Source: Candidatus Latescibacterota bacterium (lineage in GTDB: Bacteria; Latescibacterota; UBA2968; GCA-2709665). Taken from it: 64,000 nucleotides of DNA. This document shows, piece after piece, positions 20,047 to 29,479 of the stretch. The DNA is taken from contig OZ252100.1 of NCBI GenBank assembly GCA_965248435.1, positions 3,840,001 through 3,904,000 of the forward strand, written 5' to 3'. The position numbers and the translations under genes are program-made. Within the stretch, counting starts at the first letter, position 1. Every line of letters starts with the position of its first letter. Below the pieces are notes generated by a model. It was not told the origin of the DNA, did not search any database, and was given only the letters and a program-made list of their open reading frames with translations.

Positions 20047-20102
20047 GCAAGCGGCAGAGAAACACCAGATTGGGCACAAGGGATCTTAGGACTAGAGAAA
20101 AG

Positions 20103-20498
20103 ATGGAAGACCGGGCTTGCATCGCATTCATCGAAGACGGGCAGATTCTGATGGTTCAACAGCTCGACGGGGGGAGGATGGTCTGGACTTTTCCGGGCGG
20201 AGGGATTCGGAATGGAGAGAGTCCCCGTGAGGCAGCCGTTCGCGAGGCCAGGGAGGAAGTCAACGTATATGCAAAAGTAGGCCGAATCCTATATCGAGGC
20301 CCCAGGAGTACCACCAAAGGAGAGTATTACTGCTTTGAGGGACGAATCGTCAGAGGAGAAGTGAGTCTGGGGAAGGATCCTGAATTGCCGGATGATGCAC
20401 AGGAATTGCAGGATGTCCGGTGGTTTCCAATTACAGAGGTCAGGGATCACTTTGAAGTTTCGAGAATCTTGGGATCTATAGTCCGGAATGAAGGGTGA
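20103..20498 (+). CDS. Cassette 9: NUDIX hydrolase
   Basis: PGGGIRNGESPREAAVREAREEV Nudix box. Confidence 0.9.
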   Translation: MEDRACIAFIEDGQILMVQQLDGGRMVWTFPGGGIRNGESPREAAVREAREEVNVYAKVGRILYRGPRSTTKGEYYCFEGRIVRGEVSLGKDPELPDDAQELQDVRWFPITEVRDHFEVSRILGSIVRNEG

Positions 20499-20551
20499 TG
20501 GCGTGCCCTTTACGCATCTGCGTGATGGCTTCGCCTGATTCGACCGCCAGC

Positions 20552-20693
20552 GGCTAACACGGCACCCCCGGCTCAGCGCCTGTCGGCGCTTCGGCCCAAC
20601 CTTCCTTCGCGGTCACGGCGTTTGCTTCAAAGACAAAAGCTGGGCAACCGCCGCGCCCACTCGGCAGGTTCGTGGGTGCCGAGAACGTTAGAT
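20552..20693 (+). repeat. attC-like site A9; IS110 inserted directly in its right core
   Basis: GGCTAAC, cggcaccc/gggtgccg, gagaacGTTAGAT. Confidence 0.9.
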
Positions 20694-20706
20694 ACTCTCT
20701 TGGTGG

Positions 20707-21699
20707 TCAAGCCATTTTGTAGAACTTTTCTCCGTCGAAGTCCTGGTTGTGTTGGAGAATACCCCAGATGCAGTGAAGCAGCTTTCGCATCACCGCGATG
20801 ACCCCCTGCATCGGCTTCTTGCCTCGACTGATGAGTTTTTCGTAGAACGCCTTCACATTGGGCTGCTGTTGAATGGCCACCAGCGCTGGCATATATAAGG
20901 CGGTTCGTAAATACTTATTCCCCGCTTTGGAGATCACTCGGCGCTTGTGAATCGTGTCTCCCGATTCGTGGGGTCGTGGATCCAGGCCTGCGTAGGCCAC
21001 CCATTGGGCAGGCTTCATATCGGCAGGCAACATCGCAATCTCTGCCAGAATGCCCATCGCGCTGGTTGCTGCGATCCCGTGAACGGAAGTCAATCGTGCG
21101 AACTTCTCGCGCAGAGTGGCTTCCCCCTCAATGAGCTCCAGAGCCCGCGCTTTCAGCTGCTGCACACGCGCTTTGAGATGTTCAACATGCTCTTCGATGT
21201 CCAAGGAGACGGCAGAGGTGACCGATGGCCGCTGCGTGGAAGCATGAAGCCGGTTTCCTTCCCGGTTGATCTCGACTTTGATCTGCGCGATCCGGCGTGT
21301 AATCGCCTGCAGGTCAAGCACTTCATCACGGGGTGCCTGCCACGTCTGGAAGGGCATCCGCTGCACATACTCCAATGCCACTTCCGCATCGATCGGGTCG
21401 GTTTTCCCCCGTTTCATCAAAGCCTGGGAGAAATTCCTCAGCGCTCTGGGGTTGATTACCATCACCTGAGTCTTCGGATGCCGATGCAACGCCAACGCCA
21501 CCTCAAAACTATAGATGCCTGTGGCCTCGACTCCCACTCGAGCCGGCTTTCCCCGCTTTGTCGCCCACTTGATCAATCGACGGTGCCCTTCGCCTGTGTT
21601 GGGAAATCTTGCCAGTGGATACGCTTTCCCTGAGCGACGGATCGCGACCACCAGCTCCCGGGCTGAGACGTCTACCCCCAACAGATTCTCTTGCTTCAT
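20707..21699 (-). CDS. IS110 DEDD recombinase/transposase
   Basis: GVDVS, GVEATG, KTDPIDA (DEDD); YAGLDP..ESG..ISKAGN..LRTALY; AAGGAGGG RBS before ATG 21699. Confidence 0.93.
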   Translation of the reverse strand: MKQENLLGVDVSARELVVAIRRSGKAYPLARFPNTGEGHRRLIKWATKRGKPARVGVEATGIYSFEVALALHRHPKTQVMVINPRALRNFSQALMKRGKTDPIDAEVALEYVQRMPFQTWQAPRDEVLDLQAITRRIAQIKVEINREGNRLHASTQRPSVTSAVSLDIEEHVEHLKARVQQLKARALELIEGEATLREKFARLTSVHGIAATSAMGILAEIAMLPADMKPAQWVAYAGLDPRPHESGDTIHKRRVISKAGNKYLRTALYMPALVAIQQQPNVKAFYEKLISRGKKPMQGVIAVMRKLLHCIWGILQHNQDFDGEKFYKMA

Positions 21700-21719
21700 G
21701 ATCTCTCCCTCCTTATTTG

Positions 21720-21900
21720 TACCTCTGGTCCCCCGACCTTGCACCTGGCCTACCAGCCTTGTGATACAGACTCTCGGGTCTCGGATACTCCTCGGCATGG
21801 GCCAAGAAGGCGGGGGGCCTATCTAACGTCCAAGGTCAATGCCTTCATGCGCAATCCGGCCTCCCCAGAGGTCTTCTTCGAACCAAGATAATCTACAAAT
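21720..21900 (-). ncRNA. Putative bridge RNA in the IS110 non-coding end (limits approximate)
   Basis: Contains segments matching the target (21821-29, 21847-56) and the IS circle junction (21784-90, 21758-62) in the order and orientation expected of bridge-RNA guides. Confidence 0.7.
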
Positions 21901-21956
21901 AGATCATATTTTCAAGATACAAGATGCAATCGTGGCCCTGTTACGAAGAGGGTTGA

Positions 21957-22790
21957 ATGCTTAGAATCGGGATTTCTGCCAGTACAATTCTTTCGGATTC
22001 AGATAGACTGGATGAAGTATTCTGGGAAGGGATAGACCACATAGAAATAGGGGCACTTTCCTCGCATCGTGATCTGACTTATCTACTCAGAAAGGCACAA
22101 GACAAACGGATAAGTGTCGGCTTCCATTCGCCCGTTTTCGCGGGAGGCAGCAAATACGACCTCTTGGTACCGGTAGACGGGGAGATCGAGAGTGCGTGGA
22201 GCCAAATCGAACAGGAAATGGCCTTGGCGCAGGATAACGGAGTAGAATATGTGCTGATGCATTTCCCGTACTTCGAAACCTCCTCTACACCAAACTCTAT
22301 TTCAAGAATGGAATGGGGTCTGGAACGCCTTCGCTCGTTGCAGGAGAGATACGCAACGAGATTAGTGTGCGAACCCAAACTCGGTGACAACCGAAATGCC
22401 GGTGCAATCGAGATTCTCCGGCGCTATTCAGTGGAGAAATGGGCAAGCTGGGGTATCGCTATGTGCTGGGATATGGGCGATTATCTGTTGGCGACGGGCT
22501 CTTCGGACGAATCCGTGCTGGAGCTGCGGAGGCTGAGTAGCATAATCGAGGTAGTCCACGTGCATAACGTACAGGTGGAATCCGGAAAGTATTTCTGGGT
22601 GCCCATACACCCCTCGCACGAGGAAGACGATGGGTTTTTTCGCATTGCACCAATCTTGTCGGAGATGAAAAACATGGATGCTGTGCTCGTTTGGGAGCAC
22701 ACTCCCCATTTCACCCCGAGTGAGGAGTTTGCAGTTGAGGGATTCAAATGGGCAGTAAACTTGCTTGGATTTGGCTCACGCTCTAGTTGA
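21957..22790 (+). CDS. Cassette 10: TIM-barrel protein (xylose isomerase/AP endonuclease 2-like)
   Basis: GFHSP, LMHFP, VCEP, WDMGD, VHVHN, WEH metal-ligand pattern. Confidence 0.7.
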   Translation: MLRIGISASTILSDSDRLDEVFWEGIDHIEIGALSSHRDLTYLLRKAQDKRISVGFHSPVFAGGSKYDLLVPVDGEIESAWSQIEQEMALAQDNGVEYVLMHFPYFETSSTPNSISRMEWGLERLRSLQERYATRLVCEPKLGDNRNAGAIEILRRYSVEKWASWGIAMCWDMGDYLLATGSSDESVLELRRLSSIIEVVHVHNVQVESGKYFWVPIHPSHEEDDGFFRIAPILSEMKNMDAVLVWEHTPHFTPSEEFAVEGFKWAVNLLGFGSRSS

Positions 22791-22807
22791 AGCGGGGCCA
22801 CGACAGC

Positions 22808-22896
22808 ATCTAACACGACGGGCTGCGGCTCCGGCGCATTCGCGCCTCCGACCCAACCTGCCTGCGGCAGGTTCGCAGCCCGCGAGAACGTTATGC
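22808..22896 (+). repeat. attC-like site A10 (nearly identical to A5)
   Basis: ATCTAAC..cgcagcccgcgagaacGTTATGC. Confidence 0.9.
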
Positions 22897-22942
22897 GGCA
22901 TCGGCACTTCAAAATCTTTCTGGTTAACCATCTGGACCTTTG

Positions 22943-23491
22943 ATGATGATCTCTATATTCCGGGTAATTCTATTCGCCTCTATTTTCATCCATCTTCTGG
23001 GCGCTAGGACCAATGCACTTTGGGACGAGGCGCCTCTCCTCGATAGGATCCTAAGAGCAGAAATGGTCGTTGTGGGCAAGCTAGTCAACGTCGAAAACAA
23101 CGCGATCCTTATCAGACGTCCTGGACCGAGGGGAGAGAAGGGATTTCAAGTGCATCTTGACATAGGGTCTATTCAAGCCACAAATGTGCTCTACGAAAGG
23201 GGGCCACCCGGCGCTTCCCCGAAAGCTCGGAAACTTCCGGCCAACTTTCCATTTGCCTGCCATAGCCGAAGCCAGCCTCAATCTGGCGGACTCAGGGCTT
23301 GGAGTTTTTCTTATTTGAATTTCGAAGAAGGTGATGAGGGGGTTTGGATTCTTAACCAGTCTCATTTTGTCGGGTACCTAGCAGTCACGTATCCCCACAA
23401 CTTCCTTCCCATCGATTCGCTGATAGTTGTAGAGAAGACGATAGACAAATCAGTCAAAGCGACCAACGTTGACAGTTTGCCGGGAAACTAG
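22943..23491 (+). CDS. Cassette 11: hypothetical exported protein
   Basis: ORF fills the cassette; hydrophobic N-terminus. Confidence 0.6.
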   Translation: MMISIFRVILFASIFIHLLGARTNALWDEAPLLDRILRAEMVVVGKLVNVENNAILIRRPGPRGEKGFQVHLDIGSIQATNVLYERGPPGASPKARKLPANFPFACHSRSQPQSGGLRAWSFSYLNFEEGDEGVWILNQSHFVGYLAVTYPHNFLPIDSLIVVEKTIDKSVKATNVDSLPGN

Positions 23492-23538
23492 CTTTGAGAA
23501 CATCATACTTAGAAACGGACACTAACCGCACCAACGCC

Positions 23539-23651
23539 GCATAACACGGCACCCTCGGCTCAGGCCATCCGGCCTTCGCCCAACCCGCCTTCGCGGCTTA
23601 CGCCGCTTCGGTGGACAGGCGGCAGGTTCGTGGGTGCCGAGAACGTTATGC
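23539..23651 (+). repeat. attC-like site A11
   Basis: GCATAAC, cggcaccc/gggtgccg, GTTATGC. Confidence 0.9.
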
Positions 23652-23714
23652 GGCAAGTCGGTCTTGGTACAATGGTATGAGGCCATAGGGAGAAAGCACA
23701 AACCGGAGAGACCT

Positions 23715-24605
23715 ATGCATTCGATTGACCTGAAGGGAAAAGTTGGTTTGGTCACCGGCGTTGGCAACAAGTGGAGCCTGGGTTGGGCAATTGCCCAAAT
23801 TCTCCACTCCGCAGGAATGCTCCTTGTTTTTGGGTATTCCAGACAGAGAAGTCGAAAAGCAATCGAGAAGCTCCTGACCGAATCGGGATGGGATAATGTG
23901 GTACTTCCAGATGTGATCTACGATGCCGAGGACGATACTCAGATTGAAAGACTCTTCAACTTTGTGGAGGATGAGGTTGGTGCTTTACATGCGTTCCTTC
24001 ACTCGATAGCCTTTGCACCTCCAGAGGCACTGCAAGGCGAGTTCGGTGATACATCCCGTGAGGCTTTTCGGACCGCTCTGAATGTCAGTACGTTTTCTTT
24101 CTTGAAGATGAGTCGATGTGCCTCAGAATTGATGGTTGATGGCGGTTCCATTCTCACTCTGAGTTTCTTGGCTTCACAGAGAGTGTTTCCTCACTACAAC
24201 GTAATGGGAACTGCGAAAGCCGCGCTCGAACACTCTGTCAGACAGCTAGCTTTCGAGTTAGGACCCAGAAACATCAGGGTGAACACCATTTCGGCTGGAC
24301 CAATAAGCACGGCGTCTGCCCGAGGCGTAAAGGGATTTGGAGGATTTCATCACTCCTACGCTGAGAATGCACCCCTGCGAAGAAATGTAAGTCAGGAGGA
24401 AGTCGGTAAGGCTGCTCTCTTCCTTCTTAGTGATCTGTCGAGTGGAGTCACCGGGGAAGTGCTTCATGTGGATGGAGGATACAATGTCCTGGGAGCGCCC
24501 CTTGGAGAATTTCCAAAGGCAGATCAACGGCAAAAAAGGGGAGAAGCATGCTCCGGCTCTCCCCCAAACTCCTTCGATGAGAACCAAAGCCGACTCACCG
24601 CATAA
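23715..24605 (+). CDS. fabI: Cassette 12: enoyl-ACP reductase
   Basis: GLVTGVGNKWSLGWAIA, LHSIAFAP, YNVMGTAKAALE, RVNTISAGPI, VTGEVLHVDGG; the stop TAA lies inside TAAC of site A12. Confidence 0.9.
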   Translation: MHSIDLKGKVGLVTGVGNKWSLGWAIAQILHSAGMLLVFGYSRQRSRKAIEKLLTESGWDNVVLPDVIYDAEDDTQIERLFNFVEDEVGALHAFLHSIAFAPPEALQGEFGDTSREAFRTALNVSTFSFLKMSRCASELMVDGGSILTLSFLASQRVFPHYNVMGTAKAALEHSVRQLAFELGPRNIRVNTISAGPISTASARGVKGFGGFHHSYAENAPLRRNVSQEEVGKAALFLLSDLSSGVTGEVLHVDGGYNVLGAPLGEFPKADQRQKRGEACSGSPPNSFDENQSRLTA

Positions 24606-24685
24606 CAAGCCGTCTGCGGCTCGGGGCAGTCGCCCCTCGCTCAACTTGCCTTCGGCAAACTCGCAGAACGGCCAGAACGTTAACT
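24600..24685 (+). repeat. attC-like site A12
   Basis: GCATAAC, gccgtctgcg/cgcagaacggc, GTTAACT. Confidence 0.85.
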
Positions 24686-24713
24686 GCAATGGCGGTGGGG
24701 GGAAGCAGGAGTG

Positions 24714-25586
24714 ATGAAATTGAAAGCGAACGTCATGAACGAAGCGAGTCGCTGGCGACTTGCCCTAGCAAAAAGGGTTTCGGAGATCTATTGCGAACAT
24801 GCCGATGTAAAGGCGGTAGCAGTGGGTGGGTCAGTTGCACGTGGGATTGCTGATGCCTATTCAGACATCGACATGCCAGCGTTCTGTAAGGAATTGCCTT
24901 CTGAGGATTCCTTAGAAGCTTTGTCGGGAAGAATCAAAGGAGCGGTCTGGAGACCTTTTCGCAAATCAGATATGGCTATAGCTTCAGAACTCTATATCGA
25001 CAGTGTTCGAGTAGATATGCCGTTCATTAAGATTGATAGAATGCTAGATGTTCTAGATCAAGTTGTGGAACAGCACAGTACTGATCCCTCCAAACAGAAG
25101 TCAGTTGGAGGAATTCTTGACGCAATTCCGATTCATGGCTTTGATCTAATCGACAAATGGAAGGCCAAGGCTGCCGAATATCCCAATGAACTCGCGAAAT
25201 CAATGGTGAAGAAACATTTACAGTTCGAGCCTCTATGGGTACCAAGGGAATACGCTGTTTTGCGAGAGAGCAAACTTTTTGAGTGTGAGCTAATATGTGC
25301 TTATGCCAAAAATATTCTCGGTGTACTCTTGGGGCTCAATCGAATCTATCACCCAGGTGACCTTAAGAGATTGGATTGGCTTGTAGGGAGAATGTCAATT
25401 GTTCCACGTGACCTGCTGTCTCGTCTGAGAGAAGCTTTCCAGGCTAATCGGAAGGATGTTATAAACGATCTCAGTAAACTAATCGAGGAAATAATCGACT
25501 TAGTAAATACGAAGGAAGTTAGGAAATCACTTAATAGTTCGCCGTATGTTTGTACCATTCCACCCACGGTTGAGATTTCCGATTAG
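24714..25586 (+). CDS. Cassette 13: Pol-beta-superfamily nucleotidyltransferase
   Basis: VGGSVARGIADAYSDID. Confidence 0.8.
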   Translation: MKLKANVMNEASRWRLALAKRVSEIYCEHADVKAVAVGGSVARGIADAYSDIDMPAFCKELPSEDSLEALSGRIKGAVWRPFRKSDMAIASELYIDSVRVDMPFIKIDRMLDVLDQVVEQHSTDPSKQKSVGGILDAIPIHGFDLIDKWKAKAAEYPNELAKSMVKKHLQFEPLWVPREYAVLRESKLFECELICAYAKNILGVLLGLNRIYHPGDLKRLDWLVGRMSIVPRDLLSRLREAFQANRKDVINDLSKLIEEIIDLVNTKEVRKSLNSSPYVCTIPPTVEISD

Positions 25587-25634
25587 AAAAGCGCAGGCCA
25601 CCGTTTTGTAATGGAGAGTCAGCACCGCCACAGC

Positions 25635-25779
25635 AGTTAACACGGCACTCCCGGCTCAGCGCCTGGTTGCGCTTCGCCCAACCTTCCTTCGCGGTCACGG
25701 CGCTTGCTTTAAAGATAAAATGCGGTTTGCAACCGCCGCGCCCGCTTGGCAGGTTCGCAGCCCGCGAGAACGGTTAAAT
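25635..25779 (+). repeat. attC-like site A13 (outer arms do not pair; chimeric)
   Basis: Left arm cggcactccc, right arm cgcagcccg. Confidence 0.88.
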
Positions 25780-25886
25780 GACATGGGATGAAATGAGACT
25801 ACATTCTTGCGGTATATCCTCAGAATAGAAGGAGATATGCTGCAAATTTCGTGATTCACTAATGAACGGGCAACAAGACAAGGAAT

Positions 25887-26786
25887 ATGATGAAAGAACT
25901 TGCTGCAAGAGCCTTGGAAGATATCGAGCACTCAGTACCTCATGGGATATGGGGTGCTCACAACGGCTGTGCGATCCTCGCGGGCATATTTCTGATCGAA
26001 GAGAACTTGATCGAGGAAGGTGCGAAGGAAGCGGTGAAGCAATTGCTCAATTCGAGTAGAGTTAAGAGGGACCAGCAAGGAAACGAAAGGCGCCTCATCA
26101 GCTTGGGTGATTTCAGAGAAAGATTGATATCTTGCCTAGCGCTGGACCCGGAGCAAGTAAAAGAAATCGGCCACGATGTAATCTTCTCTTCGTACGTACT
26201 CAAGGCTTTGGATTTCCTTTCGATCTCACCCTGGGAGTCGTTGCTGGAGAGCATGGTAGAGTTGATCGGCGCGATTAAGGAATCCACGCCAGGTTGGATC
26301 ACCGTGAATGGAGAAAATCAACCGAGAGAACTGGACAAAGTTGACTCAAGTCTGCCGACAAACTACTGGCATGCCTTCGCGGCCTTAGATAGGCCCATCC
26401 AAATGGAAATAGGAGATATGCAGTTAGGACATGTTCTTACTCACGGGCATGCGATCGAGATGTTCAAATTGTACGGAAACAAGAAATCAGCGGTTGCATT
26501 TGATATAGCCTATCGCAAGCGATTGCACGGACTGCTATTGGCAAACAGTGAACAGAAAGAAAGAACAGCGCTTCCTCGTAGAAGGTTAGATCCACGCCTC
26601 GCGAGCTATTGGAGGCACGTGAAAACCAACGGCGACATGGAAGGCCATGTTTACAAGTACGCCTTCAGCTTCCTGGATCTGAATAGGCATGATCTGCGGA
26701 CCGAGGCATTCGAGGCATTCGGAAGGGTTGTTTGGCCCAACAAGCCGCTGGAGACAACGGCGACAAACGATGCGTCTAAGCCCTGA
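25887..26786 (+). CDS. Cassette 14: hypothetical protein with His-rich motifs
   Basis: 299-aa ORF filling the cassette; GAH, IGHDVI, LGHVLTHGH, EGHVYKY. Confidence 0.65.
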   Translation: MMKELAARALEDIEHSVPHGIWGAHNGCAILAGIFLIEENLIEEGAKEAVKQLLNSSRVKRDQQGNERRLISLGDFRERLISCLALDPEQVKEIGHDVIFSSYVLKALDFLSISPWESLLESMVELIGAIKESTPGWITVNGENQPRELDKVDSSLPTNYWHAFAALDRPIQMEIGDMQLGHVLTHGHAIEMFKLYGNKKSAVAFDIAYRKRLHGLLLANSEQKERTALPRRRLDPRLASYWRHVKTNGDMEGHVYKYAFSFLDLNRHDLRTEAFEAFGRVVWPNKPLETTATNDASKP

Positions 26787-26841
26787 TGTTAGTAAGAACT
26801 TGGCTCAACTATCAGTTTGACCAGAGATAGTATCCCACGTC

Positions 26842-26933
26842 ATTTAACACGCCCACTTGCGCTGCGGCGCATTCGCGCCTTGGCTTTTGGCAACCCGCCT
26901 GCAGCGGGTTCGCAAGTGGCGAGAAGGTAGGAC
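26842..26933 (+). repeat. attC-like site A14 with degenerate right core (GTAGGAC)
   Basis: ATTTAAC, ccacttgcg/cgcaagtgg, then gagaagGTAGGAC instead of gagaacGTTA. Confidence 0.8.
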
Positions 26934-26959
26934 GCCAAGTCTGTACAGGCGGGTAGCCT

Positions 26960-28267
26960 ATGGATGAAGAGATCTTGAATGAGTCAATCGTATTCCTTGG
27001 TCTATGTGAGAAAGTCCAAACGGTTCCCGATGGCCATCCGGACTTTCTGAAACAGAACATACTAGGACTCAAGACTACTGTCTTCTCTCCCTTCTTTCCT
27101 ATGGGAATGAAAGGGTTTAGTCTTGCCTTCTGTATGAAGTGGCGGGATGTGCCATTTTCTGCCAAGATTAGAGGCTTGCATCCCGACGGGAAGGAAGCGT
27201 TTCGTATCGAATTCAACGCTGAATTTGAGCCACATGAGTCCGGACAGCGAAAGAAACCAGGTGAGGCCAGCCAATCAAGGTTTAGTGTAATTGCATCAGA
27301 CGATCCGCCATCTTGGGCATTTGTGACTTTCCCTGTGCCTGAAAAATCAGTGGTGGCAACGCCGGGTTTTATGAAAATCTGTGCCGCAGTTGCCGAGGAG
27401 GAGTCAGTCATTGGCCAGGTAAGATTTGTGCATGCGAAGCCTGCCCCACTCACTCCAGATAGAATCGACGCGATCAAGAGCAACCCACAAGCAGCGAAAA
27501 CAGTCTGGTACACAATCGGGTGCACGGAGTGTTCGGACGCTATCAAAGCCTACGCTGGGATCGGTCGCAACATGGATTCGGAAGAAGATGGCTGGATTTG
27601 GCAACATGACCTACCTAAGACGTTCAAATGCAAATGTGCGAAAACGAGGTTGGATCTATCCTATATGCGCGATGGTCTTCACGGCCTCTTGGGTTCCATC
27701 TATAGCATAGGCGAGGACGTAGAGTTCACCCGTCTCTACGAAAGAAGCGCTCTTGAGTCAATTTCAGGCAAGTATTGGAAGATACTGCGAGATTCGGAAA
27801 GGGAAGAAGATCTGCAGAAGTTCATCGAGGGAGCTCCAGCACTTTTGCAGTGTTTTAGTCCTGCACGGATCTTTCACAAGAGCCCCATCCTGAGTAAATA
27901 CAGTGTTGATTTCGCCATTCTCGACACTCAGGGGCACCTAATCCTTATTGAGATAGAAAGACCAGGAATCCGCTTGCTTCGTAAGGATGGCGGAATGGCG
28001 GCCGAACTCGGACATGCTTTCACTCAAGTAAGTCAATGGTTACTGGAATTTGACTTGCATCGACAGGCTTGCCTGGAATGTATTGGGGTCGACCCAAAAG
28101 AGGTTGTCCAAGTTAGAGGTGTAGTTATCGCAGGACGAGAAGCCGAGTATCCGGCAGAACATTTGGCCAGGCTAAAATGGGAAGACCGAGGTAAGATAAG
28201 CTTCCTTACATACGACGATCTTGGCCGGAGCTATATCAGTCTTATTCGAAGGTTCCATGACCTGTAG
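26960..28267 (+). CDS. Cassette 15: Shedu-like (DUF4263) PD-(D/E)xK nuclease with a long N-terminal region
   Basis: C-terminal EEDLQKFI, VDFAI, LIEIERP, AFTQVSQW, VVIAGRE, FLTYDDL. Confidence 0.78.
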   Translation: MDEEILNESIVFLGLCEKVQTVPDGHPDFLKQNILGLKTTVFSPFFPMGMKGFSLAFCMKWRDVPFSAKIRGLHPDGKEAFRIEFNAEFEPHESGQRKKPGEASQSRFSVIASDDPPSWAFVTFPVPEKSVVATPGFMKICAAVAEEESVIGQVRFVHAKPAPLTPDRIDAIKSNPQAAKTVWYTIGCTECSDAIKAYAGIGRNMDSEEDGWIWQHDLPKTFKCKCAKTRLDLSYMRDGLHGLLGSIYSIGEDVEFTRLYERSALESISGKYWKILRDSEREEDLQKFIEGAPALLQCFSPARIFHKSPILSKYSVDFAILDTQGHLILIEIERPGIRLLRKDGGMAAELGHAFTQVSQWLLEFDLHRQACLECIGVDPKEVVQVRGVVIAGREAEYPAEHLARLKWEDRGKISFLTYDDLGRSYISLIRRFHDL

Positions 28268-28283
28268 ATCGTGCAGACTCGGC

Positions 28284-28427
28284 ATCTAACACGCCGGGCT
28301 GCGGCTCCGGCGCATTCGCGCCTCCGGCCCAACCTGCCTTTCGCGTTCACGGCGCTTGCTTGGCGACGAACAAAAGGGGCAAGCGCCGCGCCCACGGGCA
28401 GGTTCGTGGGTGCCGAGAACGTTAAAT
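28284..28427 (+). repeat. attC-like site A15 (chimeric)
   Basis: Left arm cgggctgcg, right arm cgtgggtgccg. Confidence 0.88.
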
Positions 28428-28507
28428 GCAATTGCGGCTCACAGACAAGCCGGCGACGCGTCCTGCGCCGCAAACAAAACTAGAGCTACGGAAGTAGGAG
28501 TACACTC

Positions 28508-29422
28508 ATGGCTGAACAAACCGAAACTGAATCACCCGAATGCAGTAATGTCGCCCCTCTCGTGGGATTCTGGGGCTGTGATGCGGAAACGGACGAGATA
28601 CCTGTTGGGTTTGATGTCGCACTCGTCAGGAATCCGAGGGTGGATGTTGATGAGGAATGGTCAAAGAAGATTGGGACGTCGGCTACCGATGAGCTGCGAA
28701 GAGCTCAGTGGGCACTTGAACACAGGTATCGTGGTGAGCCGGGAATCCATTTGGGATCAAAGGAGGATCTTTCGGATCAGTTGTTGCAGACTGCGTTGCT
28801 TGCTCTTTGGATCACTAAGCCCACCGGAGCCAGGATCACGCACCTGCTGAGATACCGTACCCCCTGGCACTCTGCGAATGCAGCATCTGTCGCGTTCTAC
28901 CGAGGGGATTCCTTTAGACCTAATCGTCGATATGAAAGGACTACTTTCGCCCCCGACGATCTGGATGACCTCGGGACAGTGTTCAAGGGCGTGAAATCAA
29001 TATTCGACATGAAGAAGGGACTCAGGCGAGCACTCTACCATCTGAGCGGGGCCTTACACTTGTGGTTCTGGGATGCTCGATTCGCGATGTTCACAGTCGT
29101 TCTCGAAAGCCTGTTCACCACAGACGCACAAGAGATCACGCACAAGATCAGCGAACGCATCGCCTTCTTCCTTAAGGACACTCCAGCAGAGAGGCGATGT
29201 GTGTTTGATGACGTAAAGGAAATCTACCGTACAAGATCGAGAATTGTCCACGGACTCGATCTCAAGGCTACTGAAGAACAAACCGTCAGCCTCTTGGCGG
29301 AACTAGAGGCGCTTGTTCACCACGTTTTGAAGAGGATTTTGAAAGATTCAAAGCTGGTAGAGGAGTTCTCTGGCAATGCCAAGCGACGTGAACAGTTCCT
29401 AACTGACCTTGTGTTCTCCTAA
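28508..29422 (+). CDS. Cassette 16: ApeA-like HEPN domain protein
   Basis: LESLF..ITHKISERIA..IYRTRSRIVHG (RxxxxH). Confidence 0.8.
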   Translation: MAEQTETESPECSNVAPLVGFWGCDAETDEIPVGFDVALVRNPRVDVDEEWSKKIGTSATDELRRAQWALEHRYRGEPGIHLGSKEDLSDQLLQTALLALWITKPTGARITHLLRYRTPWHSANAASVAFYRGDSFRPNRRYERTTFAPDDLDDLGTVFKGVKSIFDMKKGLRRALYHLSGALHLWFWDARFAMFTVVLESLFTTDAQEITHKISERIAFFLKDTPAERRCVFDDVKEIYRTRSRIVHGLDLKATEEQTVSLLAELEALVHHVLKRILKDSKLVEEFSGNAKRREQFLTDLVFS

Positions 29423-29479
29423 GTCTTTATGGAGCTTGGCCAACTTGCCTTCGTAGCAAGCTGGCCGGGCCGCAACAGC

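Larger units (their letters stand above)
20690..21925 (-). mobile_element. IS110-family (IS621-like) insertion sequence
   Basis: AGAT at both junctions (20690-93 and 21922-25); removing the element restores GTTAGATGCAATCGTGGCCC, which pairs 18/20 with the cassette end at 22795-22814. Confidence 0.92.
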
